DNA of 64,000 bases from Bacteroidales bacterium (GTDB lineage Bacteria; Bacteroidota; Bacteroidia; Bacteroidales; VadinHA17). The notes below the pieces were generated by a model. That model saw only the letters and a program-made list of their open reading frames with translations, searched no databases and had not been told where the DNA came from. The translations under genes were made by a program, and so were the position numbers. The DNA is taken from NCBI GenBank assembly GCA_049654745.1, contig JBASIK010000233.1:447-64446 (forward strand). Reading direction: 5' to 3'. Shown here piece by piece: positions 9,569-20,600 of this stretch (the first letter of the stretch is position 1; each line of letters begins with the position of its first letter).

Positions 9569-11376
9569 CCATTCATCAGATTTAGGTTGAGAATATAATC
9601 TTCGAGCGACTTGTTAGTGATCGTCCCTTTAAGGTATTTTTCGATTAAAAGTCCTGCAACAGGAGCAGCATAGGTAGAACCGAAACCTGCATTTTCGATA
9701 TAAACTGCTATGGCAATCTGTGGTTTTTCTTTAGGAGCAAATGCAATAAATATGGAATGGTCTTTCCCATGAGGATTCTGTGCTGTCCCGGTTTTTCCGC
9801 AAACTGTTATACCATTTATTGCAGCAATTCTTGCAGTTGCACCCGGGCCTCCGTTAACCGCCTCTTCCATTCCTTTTATTATCCATTCAAAATTCGATGT
9901 ATCAATTTCAATTGTATGTTTTTCTGTCAGCCCTCTGGTGACATTCAAGGAATCACCAATTGCTTTAACAATATGAGGGCTGTAATAGAATCCCCTGTTT
10001 GCTATCGCTGCTGTCATGTTAGCCATCTGTAGAGGAGAAACACCTATCTCTCCCTGTCCAATCGCCAGAGAAATGACAGTAAGTGCTTTCCAGCGGCCTT
10101 TACCATAACGTGAATCATAAAACGATACCGTAGGAAGAATTCCCGATTTTTCATTTACAAGGTCAGAGCCCAGACTTCTGCCTATTCCAAACTGCAATAA
10201 ATAATTTCTCCATTGCTCATATGCATCACTAACCGATTTATAGGCAGGATTTTCGAGAATTCTTCTAAATGCCTGGCAAAAATAAGCATTGCACGAGTTC
10301 TTTATTGCCCCTATTAGGTCAAGCGGTGATTCGTGTATATGACATCCTACAAAAAGATAACCCGGATTGCATCCGAAAATTGTCGAAGGAGAAATGACTT
10401 TCTCCTGAAGGGCGATAAGTCCATTGACTGTTTTAAATGTTGATCCCGGAGGATATGAGGCCATAATTGCCCTGTTGAATATCGGCATGGTTGTATCAGC
10501 CTGCAGCTTTGCAAAGTTTTCTGATCTGACCCTGCCAACAAGCAGTGAAGGATCATAAGTGGGAGAAGAAACCAGGACCAGAATCTCCCCTGTTGTTGGC
10601 TCAATGGCAACAATACTCCCCGATTTGTTTTTCATCAGAGTTTCAGCATATTCCTGAAGATCTGAATCAATGGTACATACAATATCCTTTCCCTGAACTG
10701 CTGCAGTATCGAGCCTCCCCTCCTCATATGAACCTTTAACCCTGCCGTAAACATCCACCAAAAATATCTTTACCCCTTTCTTTCCCCTCAATTCAGCTTC
10801 GTATGCTTCTTCAATGCCCGTTTTCCCAATGTAATCACCCGGCTTGTAATAAGGATTATTCTTTATAACATTTTCGTCAACCTCACTCACATAACCCAAT
10901 ACATGTGCAGCAATAGGTTTTGAATATTTTCTGAGTGTCCTTGTCTGAACATAGAAACCGGGGAACATGAACAATTTTTCCTGAAAGCCGGCATATGTTT
11001 CGGAAGAAATCTGCTTCATAAATATAGAAGGAACCCTTTTTGAATAACTCGCTGCTGCCTTCATCCTTTCTATGAAATACTCCCTGGTGATACCGAGTGA
11101 TTTGCAGAATTCACCAGTGTCAATCTTTGAAACCTGTCCGGGAATTACCATCAGATCATATGCCGGCTGGTTAAATACCAGCAGTTTTCTGTTGCGGTCG
11201 TATATCAGTCCGCGTGCAGGATATTGAGTAACATAACGTAAAACATTGTTTTCGGCTGATATTCGGTAAGAAGTTTCAACCACCTGAATCTGAAAGAGCC
11301 TTGCAAGAAGTATAACAGCCGGGATAATAATCAGAGCTGCAACTATTATTCTTCTGTTGACATAAACATCCTTCAT
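9553..11376 (-). CDS. mrdA: Penicillin-binding protein 2 (elongasome transpeptidase)
   Basis: 607 aa with SxxK (GSTFK), SxN (NSCN) and KTG (GKTGT) motifs. Located between mreD and rodA. Confidence 0.92.
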   Translation of the reverse strand: MKDVYVNRRIIVAALIIIPAVILLARLFQIQVVETSYRISAENNVLRYVTQYPARGLIYDRNRKLLVFNQPAYDLMVIPGQVSKIDTGEFCKSLGITREYFIERMKAAASYSKRVPSIFMKQISSETYAGFQEKLFMFPGFYVQTRTLRKYSKPIAAHVLGYVSEVDENVIKNNPYYKPGDYIGKTGIEEAYEAELRGKKGVKIFLVDVYGRVKGSYEEGRLDTAAVQGKDIVCTIDSDLQEYAETLMKNKSGSIVAIEPTTGEILVLVSSPTYDPSLLVGRVRSENFAKLQADTTMPIFNRAIMASYPPGSTFKTVNGLIALQEKVISPSTIFGCNPGYLFVGCHIHESPLDLIGAIKNSCNAYFCQAFRRILENPAYKSVSDAYEQWRNYLLQFGIGRSLGSDLVNEKSGILPTVSFYDSRYGKGRWKALTVISLAIGQGEIGVSPLQMANMTAAIANRGFYYSPHIVKAIGDSLNVTRGLTEKHTIEIDTSNFEWIIKGMEEAVNGGPGATARIAAINGITVCGKTGTAQNPHGKDHSIFIAFAPKEKPQIAIAVYIENAGFGSTYAAPVAGLLIEKYLKGTITNKSLEDYILNLNLMNGWREE

Positions 11377-11385
11377 TACAAACCT

Positions 11386-11892
11386 CTATCGGCCTTTCCT
11401 TATATACTCTGCAAAAATGATAAATATAACTGTAAAAACAGTGCTGAAAATTACTTTTAATAATGTCCTGAAAAAACCTTCAAAACTGAATATTTCGAGG
11501 TAAAAAAGAACCAGATGGTGAACAGCAACAACTAAAAGGGCATAAAATAAAAACCAGTTAAATCCGTAAGCTACCATAGAAAGTTCTCTATCCGCCACAT
11601 ATCCGTCACGGGGCGAAATAGCCCTCAGAATATAGGGCCTGGCAAAACCTGCGGCAACGGTAGCCCCCGCATGCATGCCGGCTGTGCCCATAAAAATATC
11701 TATAAAAAATCCTGCAAGAAAAGAAATAATCAGCAGCAACCATCCAGATATTTCAAAAGGCAACAATAAAACAATAAGAATATAAATATATGGATTTACA
11801 TAGCCGCTAAACTGTATGTTGTTTAATACAAGAACCTGCAACAACAGCAAAACTGCATATATAATAGTATATCTTAAAAACTGATTAATCAT
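11386..11892 (-). CDS. mreD: Rod shape-determining protein MreD
   Basis: 168-aa multi-TM protein directly after mreC (4-nt overlap) and before mrdA. Confidence 0.8.
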   Translation of the reverse strand: MINQFLRYTIIYAVLLLLQVLVLNNIQFSGYVNPYIYILIVLLLPFEISGWLLLIISFLAGFFIDIFMGTAGMHAGATVAAGFARPYILRAISPRDGYVADRELSMVAYGFNWFLFYALLVVAVHHLVLFYLEIFSFEGFFRTLLKVIFSTVFTVIFIIFAEYIRKGR

Positions 11893-12710
11893 TGAAACCC
11901 CTTTTCAAGATTTAACTGTTCCTCCTGCCTTTTATTTCTTATTACCTTTACATAGGTGAGTTTTCTGAAATCAGTGGCAAGACGAACTTTTATTGAATAA
12001 AAGTCGCTGCCCGATTTCTTGAAATCACTTATCGTCCCAACCATAATTCCTGATGGGAATATTGCCGAGTAACCTGTGGTTACAATAGTATCACCTTCAT
12101 TTAATGCAACATGCTGTGGTATATCATTTAAAACGGCATACCTGTTGTCTTTTCCATCCCATATAAGCGAGCCGAAATAGTCGTTCGACTTTATTTTGCT
12201 GCTGAGTCTGAAATCCGTATTTATCACCGGCATCACTATGGAATAATTGTCTGACGATGCGACCGTAATACCTGCCACACCCCATGGACTTATAACACCC
12301 ATATTCACATCAACGCCATCATTCTTACCCCTGTCAATAGTAAAATAATTTTTTATTCTGTTGACAGAATTATTGACCACACTTGCAGAAAGTACTTCAT
12401 ATTGGGCTCCTGAAGCAGTATCATTTATCAGTAAAAAGGATGAGTCGGTTTTTATTATGTTTTTTTCTATCAGATTCCACAGTGCAGTGTTTTCAGCCTG
12501 CAGGTCGTCATTTATCTTTTTGATTCTAAGATAGTTTTTTGTGTCGGTAATTACCCCTTCCCATGCGAGGGTTAGTTTTCGTACACCTTTGATTAACTGA
12601 GAATTATGGTATCTATATGAATCACTGATGAGATAAACTGCTATCATTTCAAGTAGGATAAACAGAATTATTCTGTTATACTTTACAATAAAGAGTAGCA
12701 GATTTCTCAT
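11889..12710 (-). CDS. mreC: Rod shape-determining protein MreC
   Basis: 273 aa. N-terminal TM helix, a coiled segment and a beta-rich C-terminus. Positioned between mreB and mreD. Confidence 0.85.
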   Translation of the reverse strand: MRNLLLFIVKYNRIILFILLEMIAVYLISDSYRYHNSQLIKGVRKLTLAWEGVITDTKNYLRIKKINDDLQAENTALWNLIEKNIIKTDSSFLLINDTASGAQYEVLSASVVNNSVNRIKNYFTIDRGKNDGVDVNMGVISPWGVAGITVASSDNYSIVMPVINTDFRLSSKIKSNDYFGSLIWDGKDNRYAVLNDIPQHVALNEGDTIVTTGYSAIFPSGIMVGTISDFKKSGSDFYSIKVRLATDFRKLTYVKVIRNKRQEEQLNLEKGFQ

Positions 12711-12723
12711 TTATCTTTTCATC

Positions 12724-13746
12724 TTATCTCATCAGGAACTGGAATTTATCAATGTTTTTAAGTGCTACTGCCGTACCTCTTGCCACCGCCCGCAGTGGAT
12801 CCTCTACCACATGAAAATTAATGTTTATCTTGTCGGTAAGCCTCTTATCAAGGCCTCTGAGCAGAGAGCTACCTCCGGTCAGAAAAATACCTTTATTAAC
12901 GATATCTGCATAAAGTTCAGGGGGTGTCTGTTCCAGCACATTCAGTACTGCAGCCTCAACTTTTGACAGTGATTTGTCGAGGCAATAAGCTATCTCCTGG
13001 TATGAGACCGGCACTTCAATCGGCAAACTGGTCATGATATTGGGACCTCTCACTATGAAATCTGGAGGTGGATTATCAATATCGGGCAATGCAGCACCAA
13101 CTGCTATTTTGATATCTTCTGCTGTCTTCTCCCCTACCTTAATGTTATGTTGATGCCTCATATATGCCTGTATGTCGGAAGTAAAGCTATCGCCTGCAAT
13201 CCGGATCGACTTACTGCAGACGATACCTCCAAGGGCTATTACGGCTATTTCGGTAGTACCACCTCCTATGTCCACTACCATTGAGCCTTCCGGAGCTTCA
13301 ACATCGAGGCCTATACCTATGGCTGCTGCCATTGGTTCATGAATAAGATATACATCCCTGCCCCCTGCATGCTCGGATGAATCGCGCATAGCTCTTATTT
13401 CAACCTCTGTACTGCCCGAAGGAATGCCCACCACCATTCTTAACGACGGTGTAAAAAGTTTTGAACCTTTGTTGATCATTTTAATCATACCCCTTATCAT
13501 CAGCTCGGCAGCATTGAAATCGGCGATGACACCATCCCTCAGAGGTCTTATTGTAACAATGTTTTCATGTGTCTTTCCATGCATCTGCCTTGCCTGTTCA
13601 CCAATAGCTATCAGTTTTCCGGTATTCCGGTCAATTGCCACAATCGACGGTTCATCAACAACCACCTTGTCGTTGTGAATAATTACAGTATTAGCCGTCC
13701 CGAGGTCTATAGCTATCTCCTGTGTCAAAAATGAAAATAGTCCCAT
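12724..13746 (-). CDS. mreB: Rod shape-determining protein MreB (actin homologue)
   Basis: 340 aa with the actin-fold phosphate motifs AIDLGTANT and VVDIGGGTTE. Confidence 0.96.
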   Translation of the reverse strand: MGLFSFLTQEIAIDLGTANTVIIHNDKVVVDEPSIVAIDRNTGKLIAIGEQARQMHGKTHENIVTIRPLRDGVIADFNAAELMIRGMIKMINKGSKLFTPSLRMVVGIPSGSTEVEIRAMRDSSEHAGGRDVYLIHEPMAAAIGIGLDVEAPEGSMVVDIGGGTTEIAVIALGGIVCSKSIRIAGDSFTSDIQAYMRHQHNIKVGEKTAEDIKIAVGAALPDIDNPPPDFIVRGPNIMTSLPIEVPVSYQEIAYCLDKSLSKVEAAVLNVLEQTPPELYADIVNKGIFLTGGSSLLRGLDKRLTDKININFHVVEDPLRAVARGTAVALKNIDKFQFLMR

Positions 13747-13758
13747 AACTCCTTATTA

Positions 13759-15282
13759 TCAATGTTTAAAATGCCTTACACCTGTAAAAACCATTGCCAT
13801 TCCATGTTTATTGCAAAAATCTATCGATTCCTGATCCCGCACCGACCCACCAGGCTGAACAACAGCCGTTATACCTGCCTTGTGAGCAATTTCAACAGAG
13901 TCGGGGAAAGGAAAGAAAGCATCAGAAGCCATCACAGCACCTTTCAGATCAAAACCAAACATTCCTGCTTTTTCCACTGCCTGCCTGAGGGCATCAACCC
14001 TCGAAGTCTGACCTGTACCACTGGCACATAGCTGCTTGTTACGAGCCAGTACTATAGCGTTCGATTTTGTATGCTTCACAATCTTGTTTGCAAAAACAAG
14101 ATCCTCATATTCCCTGCTATCAGGAACTCTCCCGGTAACAGGTTTCATATCAGTAATATCTTCTGTGTGCATATCCCTTTCCTGCCACAGAACTCCATTA
14201 AGAACACTTCTGTAAACAAACGGGGAAACATCAGAACTCTTTCTAAGAAGAATAATCCTGTTCTTTTTACGCTTTAAAATCTCCAGCGCATTGTCAGAAT
14301 ATCCCGGAGCAATTATTATTTCAAAAAACAGATTGTCAATCTCCGTGGCTGTGACTTCATCAACTAAACGATTAGTTACAATAATTCCCCCGAAAGCTGA
14401 TACAGGATCGCACGCCAGAGCATCCTTCCACGCATCAAGCAGGTTATCTCTTGTGGCTACCCCGCAGGCGTTGTTATGTTTGATAATCGCAAATGTCGTT
14501 TCGGCAAACTCATCAATCAATCCAATGGCCGAATCAACATCGAGTAAATTGTTAAATGAAATTTCTTTCCCATGAATCTTATCGAACATCATTTCAAAAT
14601 CACCGAAAAAGACTCCCTTCTGATGAGGATTCTCCCCATACCGGAGGGGCATGAATGAATCAAAACTTTCCCTGAAAGCAGTTAGATTAGCTTCCCTGTT
14701 GAAATATCTGAAAATTGCAGTATCATACCCTGAAGTCACCTTGAATGCCTCAGCAGCAAAAAATTTTCGTTCCTCGATGCTGGTATTACCACCTTTTTCT
14801 TTCAGAAGACTGGCCAGCCTTCCGTACTGCGACCTTGAAGAAACCACAAGAACGTCATTGAAATTCTTGGCTGCCGCTCTCAAAAGCGAAACTCCTCCAA
14901 TATCAATCTTTTCAATTATCTCCTCTTCCACGGTTGACCTGGCTACTGTTTCCTCAAAAGGATAAAGGTCAACAATAACAAGGTCTATTTCCGGAATATT
15001 GTAACTCTTCATCTGACCGGCATCTTCGGCATTGTCTCTTCGAGCAAGAATACCTCCGAAAACTAAAGGATGAAGTGTCTTAACCCTGCCACCAAGAATT
15101 GAAGGATATGTTGTCAAACTTTCAACGGTTTCGGCCTCAATACCCAGACCCTTTATGTAACTGTAGGTGCCACCGGTTGAAATAATCCTGACTCCCAGTT
15201 CATTAAGAATTTTCACAATCTCATCCAGACCCTCCTTGTAATAAACTGAAACCAGTGCGCTTTTTATTTTTTTGTCGTTCAT
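13759..15282 (-). CDS. purH: Bifunctional AICAR transformylase / IMP cyclohydrolase
   Basis: 507 aa with ISTGGT, VKTLHPLVFGGILARR and VQPGGSVRD. Lies 12 nt upstream of mreB. Confidence 0.96.
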   Translation of the reverse strand: MNDKKIKSALVSVYYKEGLDEIVKILNELGVRIISTGGTYSYIKGLGIEAETVESLTTYPSILGGRVKTLHPLVFGGILARRDNAEDAGQMKSYNIPEIDLVIVDLYPFEETVARSTVEEEIIEKIDIGGVSLLRAAAKNFNDVLVVSSRSQYGRLASLLKEKGGNTSIEERKFFAAEAFKVTSGYDTAIFRYFNREANLTAFRESFDSFMPLRYGENPHQKGVFFGDFEMMFDKIHGKEISFNNLLDVDSAIGLIDEFAETTFAIIKHNNACGVATRDNLLDAWKDALACDPVSAFGGIIVTNRLVDEVTATEIDNLFFEIIIAPGYSDNALEILKRKKNRIILLRKSSDVSPFVYRSVLNGVLWQERDMHTEDITDMKPVTGRVPDSREYEDLVFANKIVKHTKSNAIVLARNKQLCASGTGQTSRVDALRQAVEKAGMFGFDLKGAVMASDAFFPFPDSVEIAHKAGITAVVQPGGSVRDQESIDFCNKHGMAMVFTGVRHFKH

Positions 15283-15508
15283 TATCTGAAATTTATGTTT
15301 TGAAGATCTTGTCCCCTAAGAGCGATAAAAATAGATAAATTTTCAATATACTCAATAATATCTCAATAATTTAGATATTCTGTCTTTCTCATCCTGAAAT
15401 GGCAAACATTTGAGAGCATAAACCAACTATAAGCCATCTTTTTAAAGAAATATATGACTGAATTCTGGATATTTCCGCAGGATTAGAAATAGAAAACCAT
15501 GAATTTAT

Positions 15509-15516
15509 TATCTTTG
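15509..15516 (+). promoter_or_regulatory. Candidate -7 promoter box (TATCTTTG) for the permease gene
   Basis: TATCTTTG sits 17 nt upstream of the ATG at 15534. Confidence 0.45.
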
Positions 15517-15533
15517 GGTCTTTCCAGAAACTT

Positions 15534-16814
15534 ATGCAGGAAAAACACAAAAAAACTGCTGCAGGAACCTTGCTTCAACTGATATACGAAGGCATATCTT
15601 TCGCTTTCAGTTCTATTTATGTGAACAAACTCAGAACTTTCCTCTCTCTTTTTGGCATTACAATTGGAATATTCTGTATAATTTCTGTTTTTACGGTTCT
15701 TGACTGGATGGAAAAATCGATAAGAGACAGTATCTCAACATTAGGTGATAATGTAATATATGTTCAAAAATTTCCATGGTCATTCGATCCAAATCTCAAC
15801 TGGTGGGACATTATTCGATGGCCTGCAGTATCGGTTGAAGATTTTGAGGCTATTACAAGAAAATCAACAAAAAGTCAGTCGGCAAGTTTTGTGGTTTTTC
15901 AGCCTGCAACGATTAAATACAACAAGAACTCAATAAGTGAGGCGCTGGTGGGTGCAGCCACTTATGACATCAAGGATATCAGAAGTTTTGAAATCGAGAA
16001 AGGCAGGTATTTTTCTTTATACGAAGCCTCATCAGGGAAGAATGTCGCAATAATAGGTGCAGAGGTTGCCGAGCGCCTTTTTGAAAAGAGCAACCCTGTG
16101 GGCAAAGAGATTACTATCGGACAGCACAGGGCAACTGTTATAGGTGTCATTAAGAAAGAAGGGAAGGGTGGAATAAGTGACAGCGGGATGGATGAGATAA
16201 CAATTGTACCTCTGAATTTTGGAAAAACATTTATTAATCTTCGTCGCAGGAATGCTGAAACACAGCTTATGATTAAGGCACGCCCGGGTGTTGCAATCGA
16301 GGAGCTCTCTGATGAAGCAGTAATGATTTTGAGAGCTGCCCGAAGACTCAGGCCGGGGGAAATAAACAATTTTTCGGTAAACAGGGCAAGTCTTCTAACT
16401 GAAGGATTTAAAGCGGTTTTTGCAGGTATAAATGCAGGCGGATGGTTTATAGGCGGCTTTGCCATCCTGGTGGGCGGATTCGGTGTAGCAAACATCATGT
16501 TCGTATCAGTTAAAGAAAGAACAAATATTATAGGAATACAGAAAGCCCTCGGGGCAAAAAGATCCTTTATACTCCTTCAGTTCCTTACTGAATCAGTAAT
16601 CTTATCTGTTCTGGGAGGCCTTCTAGGAATCCTGTTTGTTTTCATTGGGACTCTCAGCATAAATTACCTGTATGAGCTTAATATGTTCCTGACTGTCAAA
16701 AATATCCTGCTCGCAATATTTATATCGGGCACAATAGGTGTGGTTGCAGGGTATGCTCCTGCATATACAGCTGCCCGGATGAACCCTGTGGAGGCAATAG
16801 GTTACTCATTCTAA
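15534..16814 (+). CDS. MacB/FtsX-type ABC transporter permease (no adjacent ATPase)
   Basis: 426 aa. N-terminal TM helix, a roughly 230-aa periplasmic MacB_PCD-like domain, and a C-terminal FtsX 3-TM bundle (GIQKALGAKR...RMNPVEAIGYSF). Confidence 0.85.
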   Translation: MQEKHKKTAAGTLLQLIYEGISFAFSSIYVNKLRTFLSLFGITIGIFCIISVFTVLDWMEKSIRDSISTLGDNVIYVQKFPWSFDPNLNWWDIIRWPAVSVEDFEAITRKSTKSQSASFVVFQPATIKYNKNSISEALVGAATYDIKDIRSFEIEKGRYFSLYEASSGKNVAIIGAEVAERLFEKSNPVGKEITIGQHRATVIGVIKKEGKGGISDSGMDEITIVPLNFGKTFINLRRRNAETQLMIKARPGVAIEELSDEAVMILRAARRLRPGEINNFSVNRASLLTEGFKAVFAGINAGGWFIGGFAILVGGFGVANIMFVSVKERTNIIGIQKALGAKRSFILLQFLTESVILSVLGGLLGILFVFIGTLSINYLYELNMFLTVKNILLAIFISGTIGVVAGYAPAYTAARMNPVEAIGYSF

Positions 16815-17600
16815 AAGTGCATTCTCCGCAATCCAGCTCGTTAAATCAACAAACTGCTGCACCGTTAGCTGCTCGGGACGCAACAAAAGTACCGGGTTAT
16901 CTTCTGACAAAAGCCTGAAAGATGCCCTGATGGAATTTCTCAGAATTTTCCTTCTCTGGTTAAAAGCCACTTTTACAACTCTGAAAAACAATTCTTCGTC
17001 ACAATCAAGCTTTTTAATGTTGTTTCTTCTCAGACGTATCACTCCTGATTTTACTTTCGGCGGCGGAGAAAACGCATATTCCGAAACCGTGAACAGATAC
17101 TCTGCAGCATAATAGGCTTGTATAAGCACACTCAATATTCCGTAGGTTCTGGAACCCGGTCCGGCACATATCCTCTGAGCTACTTCATGCTGAAACATAC
17201 CGGTCAACTCCTTCACTTTGTGACGATACTTTAATACCCTGAAAAGTATCGGCGCAGAAATACCATATGGGAAATTTCCCACTATTGCTATAGTTCCGGG
17301 GAAAATATCAAGGTCAAGCTTCAGGAAATCACCTTCAATGATATTATTAACAAGATTGGGCAAGTTCTTTTTAAGATACTCAACAGAGTCTCTGTCTATT
17401 TCAACAACCCTGAAATCGGTGAAGCCCCTTTCAAGAAGAAACCGGGTAAGCATTCCTGTTCCCGGACCAATCTCCAGTACTGAATCACAACCTTCTCCTA
17501 GCAAAGATTCCGATACCCTGAGGGCTACTCCCTCGTCTTTCAGAAAATGCTGACTGAATCTTTTTTTTGGTCTTATCCCCCTCATCAGGATAAAAATCAA
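16806..17600 (-). CDS. rsmA: 16S rRNA (adenine1518/1519-N6)-dimethyltransferase
   Basis: 264 aa with KRFSQHFL, the SAM motif VLEIGPGTGMLT and GNFPYGISAP. The start may be the Met at 17585. Confidence 0.93.
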   Translation of the reverse strand: MIFILMRGIRPKKRFSQHFLKDEGVALRVSESLLGEGCDSVLEIGPGTGMLTRFLLERGFTDFRVVEIDRDSVEYLKKNLPNLVNNIIEGDFLKLDLDIFPGTIAIVGNFPYGISAPILFRVLKYRHKVKELTGMFQHEVAQRICAGPGSRTYGILSVLIQAYYAAEYLFTVSEYAFSPPPKVKSGVIRLRRNNIKKLDCDEELFFRVVKVAFNQRRKILRNSIRASFRLLSEDNPVLLLRPEQLTVQQFVDLTSWIAENALLE

Positions 17601-17614
17601 CAGTGATAAACATC

Positions 17615-20600
17615 CTACCAGCCAAGAAGTTGCCTTCCGAACTTTCTCCAGAACGGAAATCTCTGTCTTTCAAGGAATTCAATAAATCTGTACAGCAGAT
17701 TGTAATAGAGAGTTATAAAGAAGATACCCGTCATTAACCAGATAAATGCTATATTAAAAAAGAGCGTGTCAATTTTCAAATTTCCAAGCTGTTTGTATGG
17801 AGCAAAAAAGTGGGACCTGCCCCATTTCGAAGTTGGCTTCATGTAAATGGGGGTGGACTTCTGTACAAATCGGTTCTTCAAAATGATATATGGTTGCTCT
17901 TCAAGTAATCCTGTCTGATTGAGTAGAATATCTTCAAGCCTGGAATTGTTGTACTTCTCAGCAAGTTTACTCGCATCTTCATTCCCGAGACTTTCAGCTA
18001 TTTTCTTTTCAGTCTCATATTTCAACCTGAAATAGTATTTGTTTTCATTAATAAAATACTTCTGTACCTCGCCGAAGAAAACTTCCAGGGAATCAGCAAC
18101 CCTCTCATTGAAATCACTGTAATTAAGCCAATTAATCCATTCTCCTGGTTTAATTCCGGTTATATCACTCAACTGGTTAACATGATAATTAAGGATATTC
18201 AGCTTTTTTTCGATTACCTCTTTATCCCCGGCATTTTTGTTTTTTCTCTGAAGGATATAATTTATTATTTCATTCTTCAGATTTCTGATGAGTTCATCTT
18301 TGTAATAGTTGTTCTGTTCTATTTCGAGGTTGTACTTGAATGTCGGTTTGATGTACCTGTTCCCTTTATATCCCTCCACCATTATTGCCTCGTATGCCCA
18401 GCGTGTACCCATAAGGTCGCCTATCATTGGTACGTATTCTCTGTTTGTCAGCGATTTATGAATATCATCAAATCTTATCATTGCTCCACCCAGAAGGAGT
18501 TGAGGAACAAGTATCAAAGGAATGAGTATATAAATGCTTACAACTGTTCTCATACCCGATGATATATTCAGCCCCAGAAGATTTCCGTAACATGCTGTGC
18601 TGAAAAGAATAAGCCATTGCTGCCAGAACATAGCCCTGATTTCGAGTACAAGGCTGGCAACTGCCAGAAACAGCAACGACTGGAGGGCTGAAAGAACGAA
18701 AAGAAAGCCCACTTTTGAGATCAGATAGCTTAACCGGCTGATGTTCAGAAACTTTTCACGTACAAGTATTTTCCTGTCCTTGAATATTTCCTCGGCACTG
18801 ACCATCAGACCCAGAAACAATGCAACCACAACTGCCATGAAAAGAAAAACCGGATAGTTTCTATTGTCTGCAAAAGAGTAACCTGAATCGAGCGTGTATT
18901 TGGAAAAGTATCCCAATATGAAAGCGAGCAGTGGAGCCTCTGCAAGGTTTAGTATCATATACTGCTTGTCGGCAAGCTTTCTAAGAAGGTTTCTTTTAAT
19001 AAATGTTCTTATCTGGTAGGCTCTTCCCGGCACTTTGAAGTTACTTTTCGGAAGGGTGATCTTTTGTGGGGGAGAAGAGCAGGAAGGCATCATCTTCCTC
19101 TTGTACTTCTCGTACCATTCAACAGGTGTAACCTGTCTCTCCTTTCCCGGATAGCCGCTATCATCTATTGTTTTAACCTCAATAATTTCGAGGATATTAT
19201 CAGTATCGATATTACCGCAGCTCGGACATTCGCTTTCTGCCGCGTTGGCCTGTGAGGTTTCGGTTTTGAAATAGACCAGGGCTTCCACAGGGTCGCCGTC
19301 ATAAATCATATACCCTCCCCTGTCGAGAATCCACAGCCTGTCGAACATCTTCAGAATGTCGGATGAGGGCTGATGAATATTGACAATAACCAGCTTACCC
19401 GACAGAGCCTGTTTGCGAAGCAGTATCATTACATTATGCGAATCCTGTGAAGAGAGGCCTGAGGTAGGCTCATCAACGAAAAGTACTGCAGGTTCCCTCA
19501 TCAGCTCCAGTGCTATATTGAGCCGTTTACGCTGACCTCCGCTCACTTTCTTGTTTAGCAAATCCCCAACCTGCAGATCTTTAATTTCTATCAGATCAAG
19601 ATCCGTAAGTATTTTCACTACTATCTTATGTAAACGCTCCTCCGTATAATCCCCGAAACATAGCCTTGCATTGAAATAGAGATTCTGATATACAGTAAGT
19701 TCTTCAATTAAAAGATCGTCCTGCGGCACATATCCTATAAGACCTTTGAGATGTTCGGAATCTTTGTAAATATCGTAACCGTTAATATAAATATTTCCTT
19801 TTTCTGGCTTTATTTTCCCGTGAAGAATATTCAGCAGTGTTGTTTTTCCCACTCCGCTGCTGCCCATTATACCAACCAGGTTCCCCGATTCAAGCCTGAA
19901 ATTCATTGGCTTGATACCGTTTTCTGAGTTTTTGAATCTGTATTCAATATTACAACCTTCAAAAACTACTCTTTCGCGGAATTCATCAATGAGAAACGCC
20001 TTGTATACCTTTGAATAATAAATCGGTTCGATACCCGGCCCTTTGATATTTACCCCTCTCTCCAGAAGGTAAGGCCTGCAGGCAATAATATCCCTGCCTT
20101 TGAAATAAAGGGGCAGAGGACCATCATATGTAAAGATGAGTGAACCTGTACTTTCTATATGAAGCACAAAAAGACTCCCCCTGAACCCTCTTATGTACAT
20201 ATGTTTCCACAGGGGATAACTGGCATATTCCTGCTCCGAACGATAATGTGGATTATCACTTTCAATAACGAGCATGCAGTCGGGTGATACCTTGTCGTAT
20301 TGCCGCCCTATCATGAAAGCATAAGCATTATCATATTCCTTCCTGCTTATGTTGAAAGTCCTGGCAACAATATCGATTATGGTATTTTCCTGGGGCGAAA
20401 TCTGGCCATCCTCAAAAGTAAATTCGAGGAGCTGCAGAAAAACAATCATCCTCTCCTCCAGAAAGAGACTCTTTTTTATCTGGCGGCAGATATTTGTTAT
20501 CTGGAATGTTATGAGTGAATCTTCCTCGGCAAGATCGCTTCGATCAATATTCTTTAACTCATTTGAATAAAACTCAAGATTATTCTCAAAAAGGGAAAAA

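Noticed and set aside
15283-15533. ZTP (pfl) riboswitch upstream of purH
   Set aside because: The minus-strand leader is AT-rich and lacks the GC-rich conserved pfl cores (GGGTCGTGAC... / CCGCCTGGGC-like).
15962-16498. Minus-strand 178-aa ORF inside the FtsX permease gene (similar cases: 31871-32347 in recQ, 890-1327 in fucI, 43804-44118 opposite rplU)
   Set aside because: These are antisense shadows within genes that have clear family motifs. Their products are proline/serine-rich with no family resemblance.
19900-20290. FHA-domain assignment for residues about 150-280 of the 1042-aa ABC protein
   Set aside because: A beta-rich segment before an ABCG-like NBD recalls the FHA-ABC proteins of actinobacteria, but I cannot find the FHA signature residues (G-R ... 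S-x-x-H ... N-G), so I left it unassigned.
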